Below are positions 10,870 to 21,304 of a stretch of 64,000 nucleotides of DNA, piece by piece. The position numbers and the translations under genes were made by a program. Position 1 is the stretch's first letter; each line of letters opens with the position of its first letter. Source of the DNA: Pelagomonas calceolata (taxonomy: Eukaryota); NCBI GenBank assembly GCA_918797485.1, contig CAKKNE010000005.1, positions 1,984,001-2,048,000 of the forward strand, read 5' to 3'. The notes beneath the pieces were generated by a model. It made no database searches. It was not told the DNA's origin and saw only the letters and a program-made list of their open reading frames with translations.

Positions 10870-11940
10870 TTACCCCCACGCCCCGTCGAACGCCCCCTCG
10901 AGCGCCACGCGCTGGGACCGCGGGACCTGGCGCCGGCCGCGCCCCGCGGGCTCCACCGTCGACACGAGCCCTTCTTTGGCTCCATACAAGGAATCGCGGA
11001 CGGTGGGATGCGGCTCGACGGGCTCGCGGTAGGGGAAGTCCTGGGGCACGACGAGCGCCTCGTCCTTGAACGACGTCCGCGTGCGCTGCGGGAACTGGTG
11101 GCCCCGCATCTTGTCGGCGCGCACGAGGAACTCGTCGACTTCCCCGGGTACAAAATCTTCTTCGAAATGCGAGGCCCGCGCTTGGGGATTCATGCCGCCT
11201 TTTGATGAAGGCGACACAGACGCGCCTTCACTCGGCATGATCAACTGCCCCCGCTGGAAGGACGAGGACGGCGGCTTGCGGTGGACGCGCGCGGGCTGGG
11301 GCCCGACCGTCGGCACGCCGTCTTCACCAAAGTGGTCGACCCACTTCGGCGCCGGCGTCCTTCCAAAACGCTCCTGCAACAATGGAGAGGCGTGGGCCTC
11401 GAAGTGGCGCCGCGACGTCTGCTGTTCGTTTTGTATTGGTGTCATCGTCGCGTCGAGCTGGGCTTGTGCTCGGCCGTTCGTGGCCCCGTAGTACACAATG
11501 CACTTGTCTTCGTCGCCTTTGCGTGCTATTAACCCGCCGTGGCCGTCGGGAATCAACCCGTCGCCCGTCGGCCGCGCCGTGCCCCGTCTACGTGGCTTCG
11601 GCGGCCAATCGGACACCCCATCCACATTGTCGTCTCTCCTCAGAAGCTTTTTGATCGGCGTCATCTCCGGGAAGCGCGCTGGTATATCCGGTTCGGCCGG
11701 CTGCGTATAGAACACCAGGGAGTCGAGCTCTTGGTTCTGGCGCCGCGGCGGCGGCACCGACAGGGGCCCGCCGCCGGGCGGGTAGGTGATCCTCGCCTTG
11801 TTGGCGCGCGCGTCGAACCAGACCTTGGGTTTCGTGAGCGGCGCCTCCCCTATCGTCGTCGTCTCGTCGGGGACGAAGCCGGGCAGCATCGATGTTGTGT
11901 GTGCGCCGGGCCAGAGGCTGCGGCGGTGGTGGGCCTGCAT
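10870..11940 (-). CDS. Hypothetical Pro-rich protein
   Basis: Long ORF with GC3-biased codons from MQAHHRR (ATG 11940). No family recognised. Confidence 0.55.
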   Translation of the reverse strand: MQAHHRRSLWPGAHTTSMLPGFVPDETTTIGEAPLTKPKVWFDARANKARITYPPGGGPLSVPPPRRQNQELDSLVFYTQPAEPDIPARFPEMTPIKKLLRRDDNVDGVSDWPPKPRRRGTARPTGDGLIPDGHGGLIARKGDEDKCIVYYGATNGRAQAQLDATMTPIQNEQQTSRRHFEAHASPLLQERFGRTPAPKWVDHFGEDGVPTVGPQPARVHRKPPSSSFQRGQLIMPSEGASVSPSSKGGMNPQARASHFEEDFVPGEVDEFLVRADKMRGHQFPQRTRTSFKDEALVVPQDFPYREPVEPHPTVRDSLYGAKEGLVSTVEPAGRGRRQVPRSQRVALEGAFDGAWG

Positions 11941-12300
11941 CGCCGGCGCTCGAGGGGCAGCCCGGCGGCGGCGGCGGGCGTACGGACCACGGCTGGCGTG
12001 TAGTGCTGCCCACGCGGCGCGAGAGCTGGCGCTGTGATCTCGCTGTGGCTCAGAGGCGTTGCAGGACACCCCCTATTCGCGCGCCGCGTGACGCGCGTCG
12101 CAGGCGTGCGGGGCGGTGTCGGACTCTATACGACGGGTCGCAAGGATCCCGGGCTCGCTGTCGCGCGTCGCGGGGCGCGCGACGGGCAGTCGCGCGTCCG
12201 CGGAGGAAGGCTTCCACAGTGGCGCCCACCGTGGAAAGGGGCCGCCTGCTCGTCGATGGCTCCTAGTCGCACGGCGGCGAGTGAAAAATTTCTCTAGAGA

Positions 12301-13887
12301 TCATACCCTATACACGTCGGTCGGATACCCACCACCCCCAACCAACGTCCCGCACGCGCCGCCGTCGTGGCCCTGCCCGGACCAGCGGTTGCCCACGAAG
12401 AGGTCGCCCGTCTCGGAGTACGACGGGTTGTGCAGGTTGCCAAGGCCCTCCTCCTGGGAGAGGATGTCCGAGCCCGTATGCGAGAACCGGTCGATGGACA
12501 GCTCGGGCCCGAGGCCGTCGGACGCCCCCAAGGACCGCGCCGGCGACGTAACGCCCATTGGCATGCGCACGGCGTGCGTGTTCGTCATCGCGCCGGCGAC
12601 GTGGCGCCGCTTCGTGCCGACGAAGGTCACGGACGGCGCCTCGAGGGACAGTGTCTCCAGCCCCGACACCAGGGACGTCTGTCTATCGGGAGAGAGCGCC
12701 GTGTCGAAGCTTGTCACGGACGCGCCGTCCGTAGGTATCCGCACCTCCCGCTTCCCGCGGCCGATCGGCGTCGCGCTTATAAAACCGCCGCGCGGCACGG
12801 AATTCAGCGAACCATCATCAGTAAGCGTCGCCTGCGAGCCCGCGTCCGCGAACGACGCCGCCTCGTGCTCCGTGTCGGCGAAGGCAACACGCTTGACCTC
12901 GTCGCTCAATGGTCTATAAGCGTCCGCGTAGTCGAACGGTTTCTGGTCCACGCCCTCTAACCGTCTCCAGGGACAGTCCTGCCGCAGGTCGGCCTTGTGG
13001 TGCACGCGGATCGCCCGCGCAACGTCGAACTGCGCCCCTCGATGTGGTGACGTTCGTCGGATGCCGGCATGTAAACTACGAGCAGCCTCTAATTGCGCGG
13101 GATAGACCGGTCTCGAATCGGGCAGGGGCCGCGCGTGGTCCTTGACCAGCGGCTTTTGCGCGTCCCAGACGGCGTTCTTATCCCGCAAATTCATCGCTTT
13201 CGCGGCGAGCTCTAAAGGTCCGGACTCGAGGAGGCTCCGCTGTTTATTCGGGTCGCACGTATATACGTTGTTGGCTCTATATGATGTTCCCAGCCTTTCT
13301 AGTGTGCGGGGCGACAATTCCGGCGTCGGTTCCAATACAGTGCGCTGCGGCGAGACGCCCTCCACTCTATCTAGCCGCGGGTAGAGCGCGCCGCAGGGCC
13401 ATTGTTTAGAGACGCCGGCCACGGGGACGGGGACATATACACTATTGTTGAGAGTGCGCATGCGTCTCTTACCGATCGTCTTTGATGATGTTGAAGGGAG
13501 TCTAGCTTGCACCACCTGCACGACTCTCAACAAAGCCCTTGAGTAGTCCCTATGAGCGATCTTCTGGGAGGACCGCCCCTCCGTCCAGCAGACCTGCTCG
13601 ACCCGTAGCTGGATGTCGCTCTCTCTCCGAACCTTGCAGCCGCCGACGACCAAACCCCCGATCTGCTCCATCGTCGTACCTTTGGGCACGCGCAGCTTCG
13701 TCACGACGCCATCCACTTGAGCCCGCACGATCAACGGCGTCTGCACGGGCCCGCGCAGACTGCGGTTCTTGCCTCGCCGCGGGTCGAACTTAAACCCATT
13801 CACCTTGGGCTCGGCGTCTCCGTGTTTGCTGGTTGAGTAGTGGTGCAGGGTGTTGTAGATGGCGCCGCCGACGGTCATGCTTGCCAC
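12301..13887 (-). CDS. Hypothetical protein
   Basis: 528-aa ATG-initiated ORF with mixed composition. No family recognised. Confidence 0.55.
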   Translation of the reverse strand: MASMTVGGAIYNTLHHYSTSKHGDAEPKVNGFKFDPRRGKNRSLRGPVQTPLIVRAQVDGVVTKLRVPKGTTMEQIGGLVVGGCKVRRESDIQLRVEQVCWTEGRSSQKIAHRDYSRALLRVVQVVQARLPSTSSKTIGKRRMRTLNNSVYVPVPVAGVSKQWPCGALYPRLDRVEGVSPQRTVLEPTPELSPRTLERLGTSYRANNVYTCDPNKQRSLLESGPLELAAKAMNLRDKNAVWDAQKPLVKDHARPLPDSRPVYPAQLEAARSLHAGIRRTSPHRGAQFDVARAIRVHHKADLRQDCPWRRLEGVDQKPFDYADAYRPLSDEVKRVAFADTEHEAASFADAGSQATLTDDGSLNSVPRGGFISATPIGRGKREVRIPTDGASVTSFDTALSPDRQTSLVSGLETLSLEAPSVTFVGTKRRHVAGAMTNTHAVRMPMGVTSPARSLGASDGLGPELSIDRFSHTGSDILSQEEGLGNLHNPSYSETGDLFVGNRWSGQGHDGGACGTLVGGGGYPTDVYRV

Positions 13888-14357
13888 TGCTCTTATGGGC
13901 TATTGCCCCGCGATGGCGTCACTGCGTGCTACTGGTGTCGGAGGCTGATGAGCGCTGGACCTATTGCTCCGCGATGGCGTCCGGGCAGCCCGTCGACGCG
14001 ACGATGGCTTTCAGGCGCGCGCGCGCTGTACGGAGAGCAGGCGCTGAGAGGCGCAGGCGCCGCTAGCGTGTCAAATCGCAGCCCCGCCGACGGCTCGCGG
14101 AGCCGCCCTAGGGCTCCTGGGAGCCTTGGGCGCCCCGCTCGCATCGACCCATTTTCAGGCTGGAATTTGGATGGCCTGGTGGCTCTGCGGCGTTGGCTGG
14201 GGTCCGAGACCCACGGTGCACCAATCGTCACCTCGTTGGACGCAGGGACTCCGCACGCGAGTGGTCTCGCGCTCTGCGAGCGCTCGCGCCAGGAGCTGCC
14301 CCCTGTGGGCTGCCTCCAGGAGCCTGTTCCCGCCAGCCCGCCAGGAGCTGAAGGCCA

Positions 14358-16040
14358 ATGGAGGCCGTAGAGCTGCCTCCGGTAGGCATGTCCTGGGCCC
14401 GCGCGGGGCTGCCCGCGCTGGGCCCGCCGCCGCTGAAGAAGGGTCGGTCGCGCCAGGAGCTGATGCAGCGCGAAGCCGAGTTCCAGCGCCGGCGCGGCGC
14501 GGCGCCGGCCCGCGGCCGGCGCCAGCCCCTCGACCCGCTGGCGGAGAGCCGGCGGCGGCCCGACGCGCAGGAGCGCCCCCCGGCGATGGGCCTCGACGGC
14601 TTCGAACGGCCGGACGCCGAGGGCGGCGCCGAGCCGCCCGCCGAGCCGCAGCGGCTCGCGGCGCTGCCGGCGCTGCCGGCGCTCGCCGGCGCGCAGCGCA
14701 GCACGAAGCGCCGCCGCGCGGCGAAGCTGCGGCGGCCGCTGCCGGCCGCGTCGCCGCCGCCGCGCGGGACGCTGCGCGCCAGCGAGAGCGCCTTCGACCT
14801 CGCGCGCGGCGCGCTGCCGGCCGTCGACCCCCTCGACGCGCCCCGCGCCGCGCGCAAGCCGGTCACCGATATGGACGACCCGCGCATCGAGGCGGCCCTG
14901 CGGCGGCTCGAGGGCGACGTGCCTCGACCTGATGCGGAGGAGCGGCCACCAGCCATGGGTTTGGATGGGTTCGAACCGCCCGAGGCGGAGAGGCTGCGCT
15001 TCTCCGAGGCCGATACTGCGTTCAGGCGGCCCGACGCGGAGGAGCGGCCGCCGGCCATGGGCCTGGAGGGCTTCGAGCCGCCGGCCAAGGACTCATTGGT
15101 TGGCCCGGACACGCTAGAACGGAGCGCGACGCTCATGTGCACGCCGAAGCGCCCCGCGGCGCCGCCGCGCGGCACGCGGTCTTTAAGGAGACTCCAGCAC
15201 GCGAATTCACTAAGACGAGAAAAGTCGAAGAAGCTCACCGGCGAGCTCGCGAAGGCGATCTTCAGTCCCGAGAAGCCGCAGAAGCCCATGCCCACGGATT
15301 TGCAATTAGTCTGGCAGGATACTTTTGATTACGAAGGGGCGCCGCATCCGGCGCGGTGGCAATTCCAGTGCGAAGCCAACGACTGGGTCCACGACGCGCA
15401 GCACGGCGAGCGCCAGTGGTACACGGACTCGGTACGGAACTGCCACGTGCGGAACGGGAAATTGCGGATCATCGCGCGGCGCGAGCGGTCGAACTCGTGC
15501 AAGTACACGTCGGCGCGATTGCGCACGAAATATAGAGGAGACTGGTTGTACGGCCGGGTCGAAGTGCGCGCGAGGCTGCCGCCCTCGAAAAGAGGTTTGT
15601 GGCCGGCGATCTGGTTATTACCTACGGATGAAGTGTATGGGGGCTGGCCGCATTCCGGCGAGATCGACGTCATGGAGCACGTGGGCTGGGAGAAGAACGG
15701 TTTGATCCACTCGGCCTGCCATTCGACGCGCCACAACCCGACCGTGGGTCGCCAGCGGTCGAAAGCCAAATTAATTTCAACAGCCCATCGGAAGTTCCAC
15801 GTCTACGCCGTCGACTGGCAGCCGACGCGCATCTCGATTTTCGTGGACAACGAGCTCGTCTTAAAAGTAGACGACAAGGGCTTCGGGGCTCAGTCGTGGC
15901 CCTACGACCAGCGTTTTCATTTATTACTGAACCTGGCGGTCGGCGGGTGGGGCGGCATGAAGGGAATCGATGACCGGGCCTTCCCGGCGTGTTTCAAAGT
16001 GGACTCCGTGCGCGTGTTCCAGAAGCGGGGCGGGCGCTAG
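14358..16040 (+). CDS. Glycoside hydrolase family 16 (laminarinase-like beta-1,3-glucanase) with repetitive N-terminal extension
   Basis: Motifs LVWQDTFD, YTSARL, GRVEVRARLP, WPAIWLLP, catalytic GEIDVME, FHVYAVDW, LLLNLAVGG, VDSVRVFQ. Confidence 0.9.
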   Translation: MEAVELPPVGMSWARAGLPALGPPPLKKGRSRQELMQREAEFQRRRGAAPARGRRQPLDPLAESRRRPDAQERPPAMGLDGFERPDAEGGAEPPAEPQRLAALPALPALAGAQRSTKRRRAAKLRRPLPAASPPPRGTLRASESAFDLARGALPAVDPLDAPRAARKPVTDMDDPRIEAALRRLEGDVPRPDAEERPPAMGLDGFEPPEAERLRFSEADTAFRRPDAEERPPAMGLEGFEPPAKDSLVGPDTLERSATLMCTPKRPAAPPRGTRSLRRLQHANSLRREKSKKLTGELAKAIFSPEKPQKPMPTDLQLVWQDTFDYEGAPHPARWQFQCEANDWVHDAQHGERQWYTDSVRNCHVRNGKLRIIARRERSNSCKYTSARLRTKYRGDWLYGRVEVRARLPPSKRGLWPAIWLLPTDEVYGGWPHSGEIDVMEHVGWEKNGLIHSACHSTRHNPTVGRQRSKAKLISTAHRKFHVYAVDWQPTRISIFVDNELVLKVDDKGFGAQSWPYDQRFHLLLNLAVGGWGGMKGIDDRAFPACFKVDSVRVFQKRGGR

Positions 16041-16164
16041 CTTTGTGTTTGTGTGTGTTGTAATGTTGCTTTTCTTAATGCTAGTATCTTACAGCCGCTA
16101 GCTGATTATGTTGCCGCATTCGTTTGTGGTAAACGCGCCCATACAACGCGAGAGAGGCGCAAAA

Positions 16165-17610
16165 ATGCTTCTCCGCTGCGCCCGACGCGCCGTGGGCCCT
16201 CACCCACGACGCCTGCTGGTCGCTGCCCGCTCCCGGCGCGTCACAACTGCACAAACAAAAAAGACCATACTGGCCAGTGCATCGAGTGCCAGTGCGCACG
16301 CCGACGACGCGGCGCCGCAACTGAGTGCCCAGACGCGAGCCGACGCGGCGCAGAGCAGCAACGACACGAAAGACGACGACAAGGACGGAAGCAGCCTCGC
16401 CGCCGCCTGGGCCGCGCTGCCCCAGGAGCACCGCGCCGGTTTAGGTGTAGTCACCGCAGCCACAGCAGCGCTGAATTTTAGTTTTGGTGCTATCGTGCCC
16501 GTGCTGCCGCAGTACGCGCTCGGTCTGGGTCTAGGGTCGAGCGGCGTCGGGCTCGTGTTGGCGGCGCCGGCGTTCGCGCGCGTCTGCCTCAACTCGCCCT
16601 TTGGTCGATTGGCTGATAGCAGAGGACGACGGCCGCTGATGATCTTCGGCGAGGCCGCGGCGGCCTGCGGCGTGGCCTTGACCGGTATGGCGCCCACCGC
16701 AACAACTATGGTCGCCGCGCGGCTGTTGGTCGGCGCGGGCGGCTCGGCGGCCAATGCTGGCAGCACGGCTTATGTGGGAGACGTTACTGGATTGCCCAAG
16801 GTCCAAAGGCACCGAGGGTTGATACTGGGGGTCCAGTCCGCGGCGACGGCCGGCGCGTGGGTGCTCGGGCCCGCATGTGGTGGAGTGCTCGCTGGACTTT
16901 GGGGCGCGCCGGGGAGCTTCGCGGCGATGGGCGGCCTGGCGATGGCTTGTGCTGGAGGATACTACGCTCTGGTGCCGGAGACGCTCTCACTTGCTACAAA
17001 GGCGGATGAGCCTTCATCATCATCGTCGTCGTTACTACACGAGCCCGCGCAGCGGACCTGTTTAGCTCTAAATGCGGTGCTCCACGCGAACTACGCGGCG
17101 ATCCTCGCGATCATGCCGCTGCGCTGCGCGGACGTCTGGGTGACCGCGGGGCCGCTCGAGATCGGGGCGCTCTTCTCGGCGGTGTCGGCGGTCGGCGTCT
17201 TCGGCGGGCCGTTGGCCGGTAAGATGTCGGACCGGCACGGCCGCGCGCCGGTCGTGTGTGCGGGCCTCGGGCTGGCGGCGTTAGGCGGCGGCGGGTTAGC
17301 CCTGGCGGACGCGGTCGAGCCCTTTACCGCGGCCTTTTTCGCATGGGGGTTCGGCGTGTCCGTGGCCGGGCCGGCGCTCACGGCGCTGACGAACGACGTC
17401 GCTCCACCAAGTAGACGGGGCGAGTCGCTCGCGCTGTCGCGGACGGCGGCGGACGGCGCGCTCTGCGTGGCACCGGTCGCGCTGGGGTTGTTGGCGGACC
17501 TCGCGGGCTCGACGGCGGCGCCTTTTGCGGTCTGCTCGCTGGCTACTGCCGGGGCTGTTGGTTTTCTCGGGACGCGGGCGTCGGACCTTCCCTCAAATGT
17601 AAAGTCATAG
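16165..17610 (+). CDS. MFS transporter (DHA1/tetracycline-resistance-like) with organellar presequence
   Basis: Motif A GRLADSRGRRPL and GKMSDRHGRAP. About 12 hydrophobic segments. Arg-rich N-terminus MLLRCARR. Confidence 0.85.
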   Translation: MLLRCARRAVGPHPRRLLVAARSRRVTTAQTKKTILASASSASAHADDAAPQLSAQTRADAAQSSNDTKDDDKDGSSLAAAWAALPQEHRAGLGVVTAATAALNFSFGAIVPVLPQYALGLGLGSSGVGLVLAAPAFARVCLNSPFGRLADSRGRRPLMIFGEAAAACGVALTGMAPTATTMVAARLLVGAGGSAANAGSTAYVGDVTGLPKVQRHRGLILGVQSAATAGAWVLGPACGGVLAGLWGAPGSFAAMGGLAMACAGGYYALVPETLSLATKADEPSSSSSSLLHEPAQRTCLALNAVLHANYAAILAIMPLRCADVWVTAGPLEIGALFSAVSAVGVFGGPLAGKMSDRHGRAPVVCAGLGLAALGGGGLALADAVEPFTAAFFAWGFGVSVAGPALTALTNDVAPPSRRGESLALSRTAADGALCVAPVALGLLADLAGSTAAPFAVCSLATAGAVGFLGTRASDLPSNVKS

Positions 17611-17626
17611 TTTTGTTGTTCATTAC

Positions 17627-19390
17627 TCATGTGTCTACGTGCAGATAGGGGTCCTCGCCGAAGTCGGCCGAGGTGAGCTCGTCCAGTTCGCCTTCGCCAT
17701 CGTCTTCGTCGAAGTCGGGCAGCGGCGCACCGTCGGCGAAGCCGTCATCGCCGTCGAATTCAAAGTCGGGCTCCTCTGTCGGGGCGAAGAGTCCGTCGGC
17801 CGAGAAGAGCCCTGGATTCCGCAGGGCCCGCTCGCGCGCGAGTTTTGCCACGTCGCTCGCGAGCGCCGCCGTCGGCTGCTCCGGGAGCGTACTACTCGTC
17901 TGCGACTCGTCGTCGTCGGCGTCATCGTCCTTGAACCCGCCCCAGGGCCGCGGCGGCTTCGCGGGCGGCTCCTTCCGGAGCGCCGTGGAAAGCAGCATCC
18001 ACGTCTCCGCCGCGCGCGGCGGCCGGTCCATGCCGCACATCCTCTGGATCTCGCGCAGGTTCTCCTTTTGCTGTTCCTTGATCTCGGCGCGCCAGGCGAG
18101 GGCCTCCTGGCGGTCGAAGGGCAGTTCCTCGACGACGCTTGGTAAATCTGCGTCGTGGTGCGCCGCGGCCAGGTCCCCGTCGATCGTCGCCGCCAGGCCC
18201 CGGCACAAGGCGGCGCGCCGAGACGTCGCCTCGGCCGCGGCGGCCGCCGCGGCCGGGAGCGCGCTCGAGCGACCCATCACGCGGGCAAATAAACCCAGCC
18301 GCTGGTCGTCGAGGGCCCGCGCGAAGTCGTCCGCCTTCAACAGAGCACAGACGCGCTCCACGAACGTCGCGTCGAGCAAACCGCGCCGCCTCCGAAACTC
18401 GCCGTGGAAGTAGTCCGCGGCCCGCAACGCGTCGTGCGCCTTTTCCGCAGTTTCAAAGTCGGGCGCCGCCGCGGCTTCCGCGGCGGCGGCGCGCGCCGCC
18501 GCGGCCGCGGCGGCGGCCCGCTCGCAGAGCTGGCAGCACCCGTGCACCGGCACGAGCGCCTTCGCAGCTTGGAGCGCGGGCCGCTCCAATGGCAAACGAG
18601 GTGCATCGGGCGCGTCGGCCTCCGTTATGGTCCCATCGGCGAGGCGCGCCAGGAGGAGTTCCGTGCGGTCGTCGGCCTCGTTCAGCGCCGCCATGAGCGG
18701 CCCGGGCGCGTACGGCGCGCCGCCCAGCCGCCGCGGCAGCGGATCCTGAGCGAACTCCAGGAACACTCTCGCGTCGCCCGCCTCGACCTCCTCCTCGAGC
18801 TCGCAGGAGAAGTCCGGCTCCGACAGCTCCGAGGCGGGCGGGCTCGGGAGGCTGTCGGGTGTGTCCGCGCTATCGACACTCGCGCGGCCGTCCTCGCTGA
18901 GGCGCGAGCGGCGCCGCTCCGCCGCGACGGACAGAGGCGTGTGGACGTCGTCGAACGCCGCGGACGAGCGCCGCCGCCGCCGCGAGAACTCGGACGGCGA
19001 CGTTGGTACTGGAGAGAGCGGCGGCCGGCCGGGCGTGCGCGGCGTTCTAGGTGGTGTCCGCGGGGGTGTCCGCGGCGGCGTCATCGCCGGTGGTGGAGGC
19101 GCGTCCTCGTAGTCGAATTGGATCTGATCCACAGCTTCGTCGCCGGAGAAGGAGATCGAGAGCGAGGGGGCCGTCGGCCCAGCCCGCTTCGCCAGCATGG
19201 CCTCGAGGGCGCTCGTCTTTTTCGGCGCGGCCGGCGCGGCCGGCTTCGCGGCGGCGGCCGCGCGGCCGGCGAAGAGGTTACTTAGTGCCGCGTGCTTGTC
19301 GTCGGGTTCTTTGGCTTCTTCGGCCGGCGGCGCGGCCGGCGGCCCGGCGCGGGCGGCGAGCATGGCCTCGAGGGCATTTGTGTTGGGCAT
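17627..19390 (-). CDS. Hypothetical Pro-rich/acidic protein with repeated ALEAML(A)xRAG helices
   Basis: About 587-aa ORF. Three short ALxxxxAxRA motifs, TPPR repeats and an acidic tail. Confidence 0.6.
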   Translation of the reverse strand: MPNTNALEAMLAARAGPPAAPPAEEAKEPDDKHAALSNLFAGRAAAAAKPAAPAAPKKTSALEAMLAKRAGPTAPSLSISFSGDEAVDQIQFDYEDAPPPPAMTPPRTPPRTPPRTPRTPGRPPLSPVPTSPSEFSRRRRRSSAAFDDVHTPLSVAAERRRSRLSEDGRASVDSADTPDSLPSPPASELSEPDFSCELEEEVEAGDARVFLEFAQDPLPRRLGGAPYAPGPLMAALNEADDRTELLLARLADGTITEADAPDAPRLPLERPALQAAKALVPVHGCCQLCERAAAAAAAARAAAAEAAAAPDFETAEKAHDALRAADYFHGEFRRRRGLLDATFVERVCALLKADDFARALDDQRLGLFARVMGRSSALPAAAAAAAEATSRRAALCRGLAATIDGDLAAAHHDADLPSVVEELPFDRQEALAWRAEIKEQQKENLREIQRMCGMDRPPRAAETWMLLSTALRKEPPAKPPRPWGGFKDDDADDDESQTSSTLPEQPTAALASDVAKLARERALRNPGLFSADGLFAPTEEPDFEFDGDDGFADGAPLPDFDEDDGEGELDELTSADFGEDPYLHVDT

Positions 19391-19584
19391 TTCCAATGTG
19401 TTTACATGACTTTCACGAGTGGCTCACGCGTTACCCACGGGTCAGTTAGGTACAGACATATCGCAAACATGATAAATTAACACTCAGAAGGCGTCGCTCA
19501 GTTGCGGTAAGCCGGGCTGAAACCTGTTTTTTTTCACCCTTTCAACGCGGACGCCGCGACCCTCACAGACCCCGCCAACGCAAG

Positions 19585-20715
19585 ATGATCCTCACAAACT
19601 GCGCCGCCTGCGCCGCCCCACTGGCCCACAACGCGCCGCGATGCGTTAGATGTCACACGAGATATTGTAACAAGACTTGCCAGCATGACCACTGGCGCCG
19701 CGGCCACAAGCAGATGTGTAAGAAAATACACCGCGGCGGCAACGCAGAACAGTATAATGCCGACAAAAAATACAAGGAGGCCGTCGCGGTCGCGGTCGAG
19801 GCATGCGCGGACGACACGAAGGGCCAGACGTGCTACATCTGCACGCAAGCCCTCCATTGGAAAACGAAGGAGGGCCTCGTGCGCGGTTGCGCGTGCCGCG
19901 GGACTTCGGGCGTCGCGCACGTGTCGTGCCTGGCGGAGCAGGTGAAGATCTTGGTCGCGGAGGCGGAGGAGAACAATTTGGACGTCAAGGTTTTGCAGGC
20001 GAGGTGGGATCGGTGGCACACGTGTAGCCTGTGCGAGCAAGAGTATCACGGCATCGTGCGATGCGCGCTCGGTTGGGCGTGCTGGAAGACGAACGTGGGC
20101 CGGCCGGAGACGGATCGGCTCCATGGCACGGCGATGAACCTGCTTGGGGGCGGTTTATACGCCGCAAGACACCGCGAGGACGCGTTGTCCGTGCAAGAGG
20201 CCGAGTTGGCTATGCGGCGGCGCATTGGCGCGGCAGAAGAAATCATTCTCGCCGTGCAGAGCAATCTTGCGGTCACGTATGACGCGCTCGGGCGGTTCGA
20301 GACAGCCTTACAGATGAAGCGAGACGTACACTCTGGAACCTTGAAGCTATATGGCGAAGAAAGCATCCACACGCTCACACAAGCCAGCAACTACGCGGCG
20401 TCCTTTATCGCTCTACGACGCTTCGCAGAAGCCAAGCCACTGTTTCGAAAGACGATCCCCGTGGCGCGGCGCGTTCTCGGGGAGAGTCATGAGAACACGC
20501 TCAAGATGAGATTGGGTTACGCGGCGGCGATCTATTTCGACGCCGGCGCCACCCTCGACGATCTCCGCGAGGCCGTGACGACGCTAGAGGAGCTGGTTAT
20601 AATCGCACGGCGCGTGTACGGTGGCGCGCACCCGCTGACAGCGAGGATTGAGGGCGACTTGCGAAACGCGCGAGCCGCGCTCCGCGCCCGCGAAACGCCG
20701 CCGAGGAGCGCGTAA
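19585..20715 (+). CDS. MYND zinc finger + RING-CH-like finger + TPR (kinesin-light-chain-like) protein
   Basis: MYND: CAAC...CVRCHTRYCNKTCQHDHWRRGHKQMC. RING-CH-like: CYIC...CACRG...HVSCL...CSLC. TPR-like repeats RRVLGESHENTL. Confidence 0.85.
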   Translation: MILTNCAACAAPLAHNAPRCVRCHTRYCNKTCQHDHWRRGHKQMCKKIHRGGNAEQYNADKKYKEAVAVAVEACADDTKGQTCYICTQALHWKTKEGLVRGCACRGTSGVAHVSCLAEQVKILVAEAEENNLDVKVLQARWDRWHTCSLCEQEYHGIVRCALGWACWKTNVGRPETDRLHGTAMNLLGGGLYAARHREDALSVQEAELAMRRRIGAAEEIILAVQSNLAVTYDALGRFETALQMKRDVHSGTLKLYGEESIHTLTQASNYAASFIALRRFAEAKPLFRKTIPVARRVLGESHENTLKMRLGYAAAIYFDAGATLDDLREAVTTLEELVIIARRVYGGAHPLTARIEGDLRNARAALRARETPPRSA

Positions 20716-20964
20716 GTCCTATCTTCAGTGCACGAACCACCCTACCCCCACGCGCAATATATATCGGGCCGAGCTCTAATCGTCAGAAAACGGGTTTCGC
20801 GGCCCAAAAAACACCCGAGCGCTGCCCAGCATCAATCGCCTGAGAGCCCCGGGCCCCTAGAGCTCGCGCGTTTCGAAGCCGACAGCATTTGCAAAGCGCT
20901 GCGCCCAGTACCGCTCAGCCAAGCCGACCAAGGACTCTGGGGCTGCCCCCAACACAAGGCAGCC

Positions 20965-21294
20965 ATGCGCCTCGTACGCATCTTCATAATCATGACCACG
21001 GCCCTGGCCGACGACGAGAAACGGGACTGGTTGAGGATACGACGCACGCCGGGCGTGAGACGAGCGAAGGGCGAGCGCATGCGCGGCGTCTCGATGACCA
21101 AGGGCCTCAACCCGCCCTCGAAGCACGGCTGGCCCGTCGACCACCCGACCATGCCGCGGCGCGACGACCACCCGGGCCGGCCCTTAAAATCGCGCGCGGC
21201 CCACATTCGACGGAAGCGCGGCGAGACGCGCGAAAAGCACCGCGAGAAGACGAGGAGAGCGAAGGCGCATCGGGACGACGGGGCCCTAAGATAA
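20965..21294 (+). CDS. Small basic, putatively secreted hypothetical protein
   Basis: MRLVRIFIIMTTALA resembles a signal peptide, followed by a K/R-rich body. It converges on the next gene with a 10-bp gap. Confidence 0.4.
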   Translation: MRLVRIFIIMTTALADDEKRDWLRIRRTPGVRRAKGERMRGVSMTKGLNPPSKHGWPVDHPTMPRRDDHPGRPLKSRAAHIRRKRGETREKHREKTRRAKAHRDDGALR

Positions 21295-21304
21295 CATTCA
21301 CACA

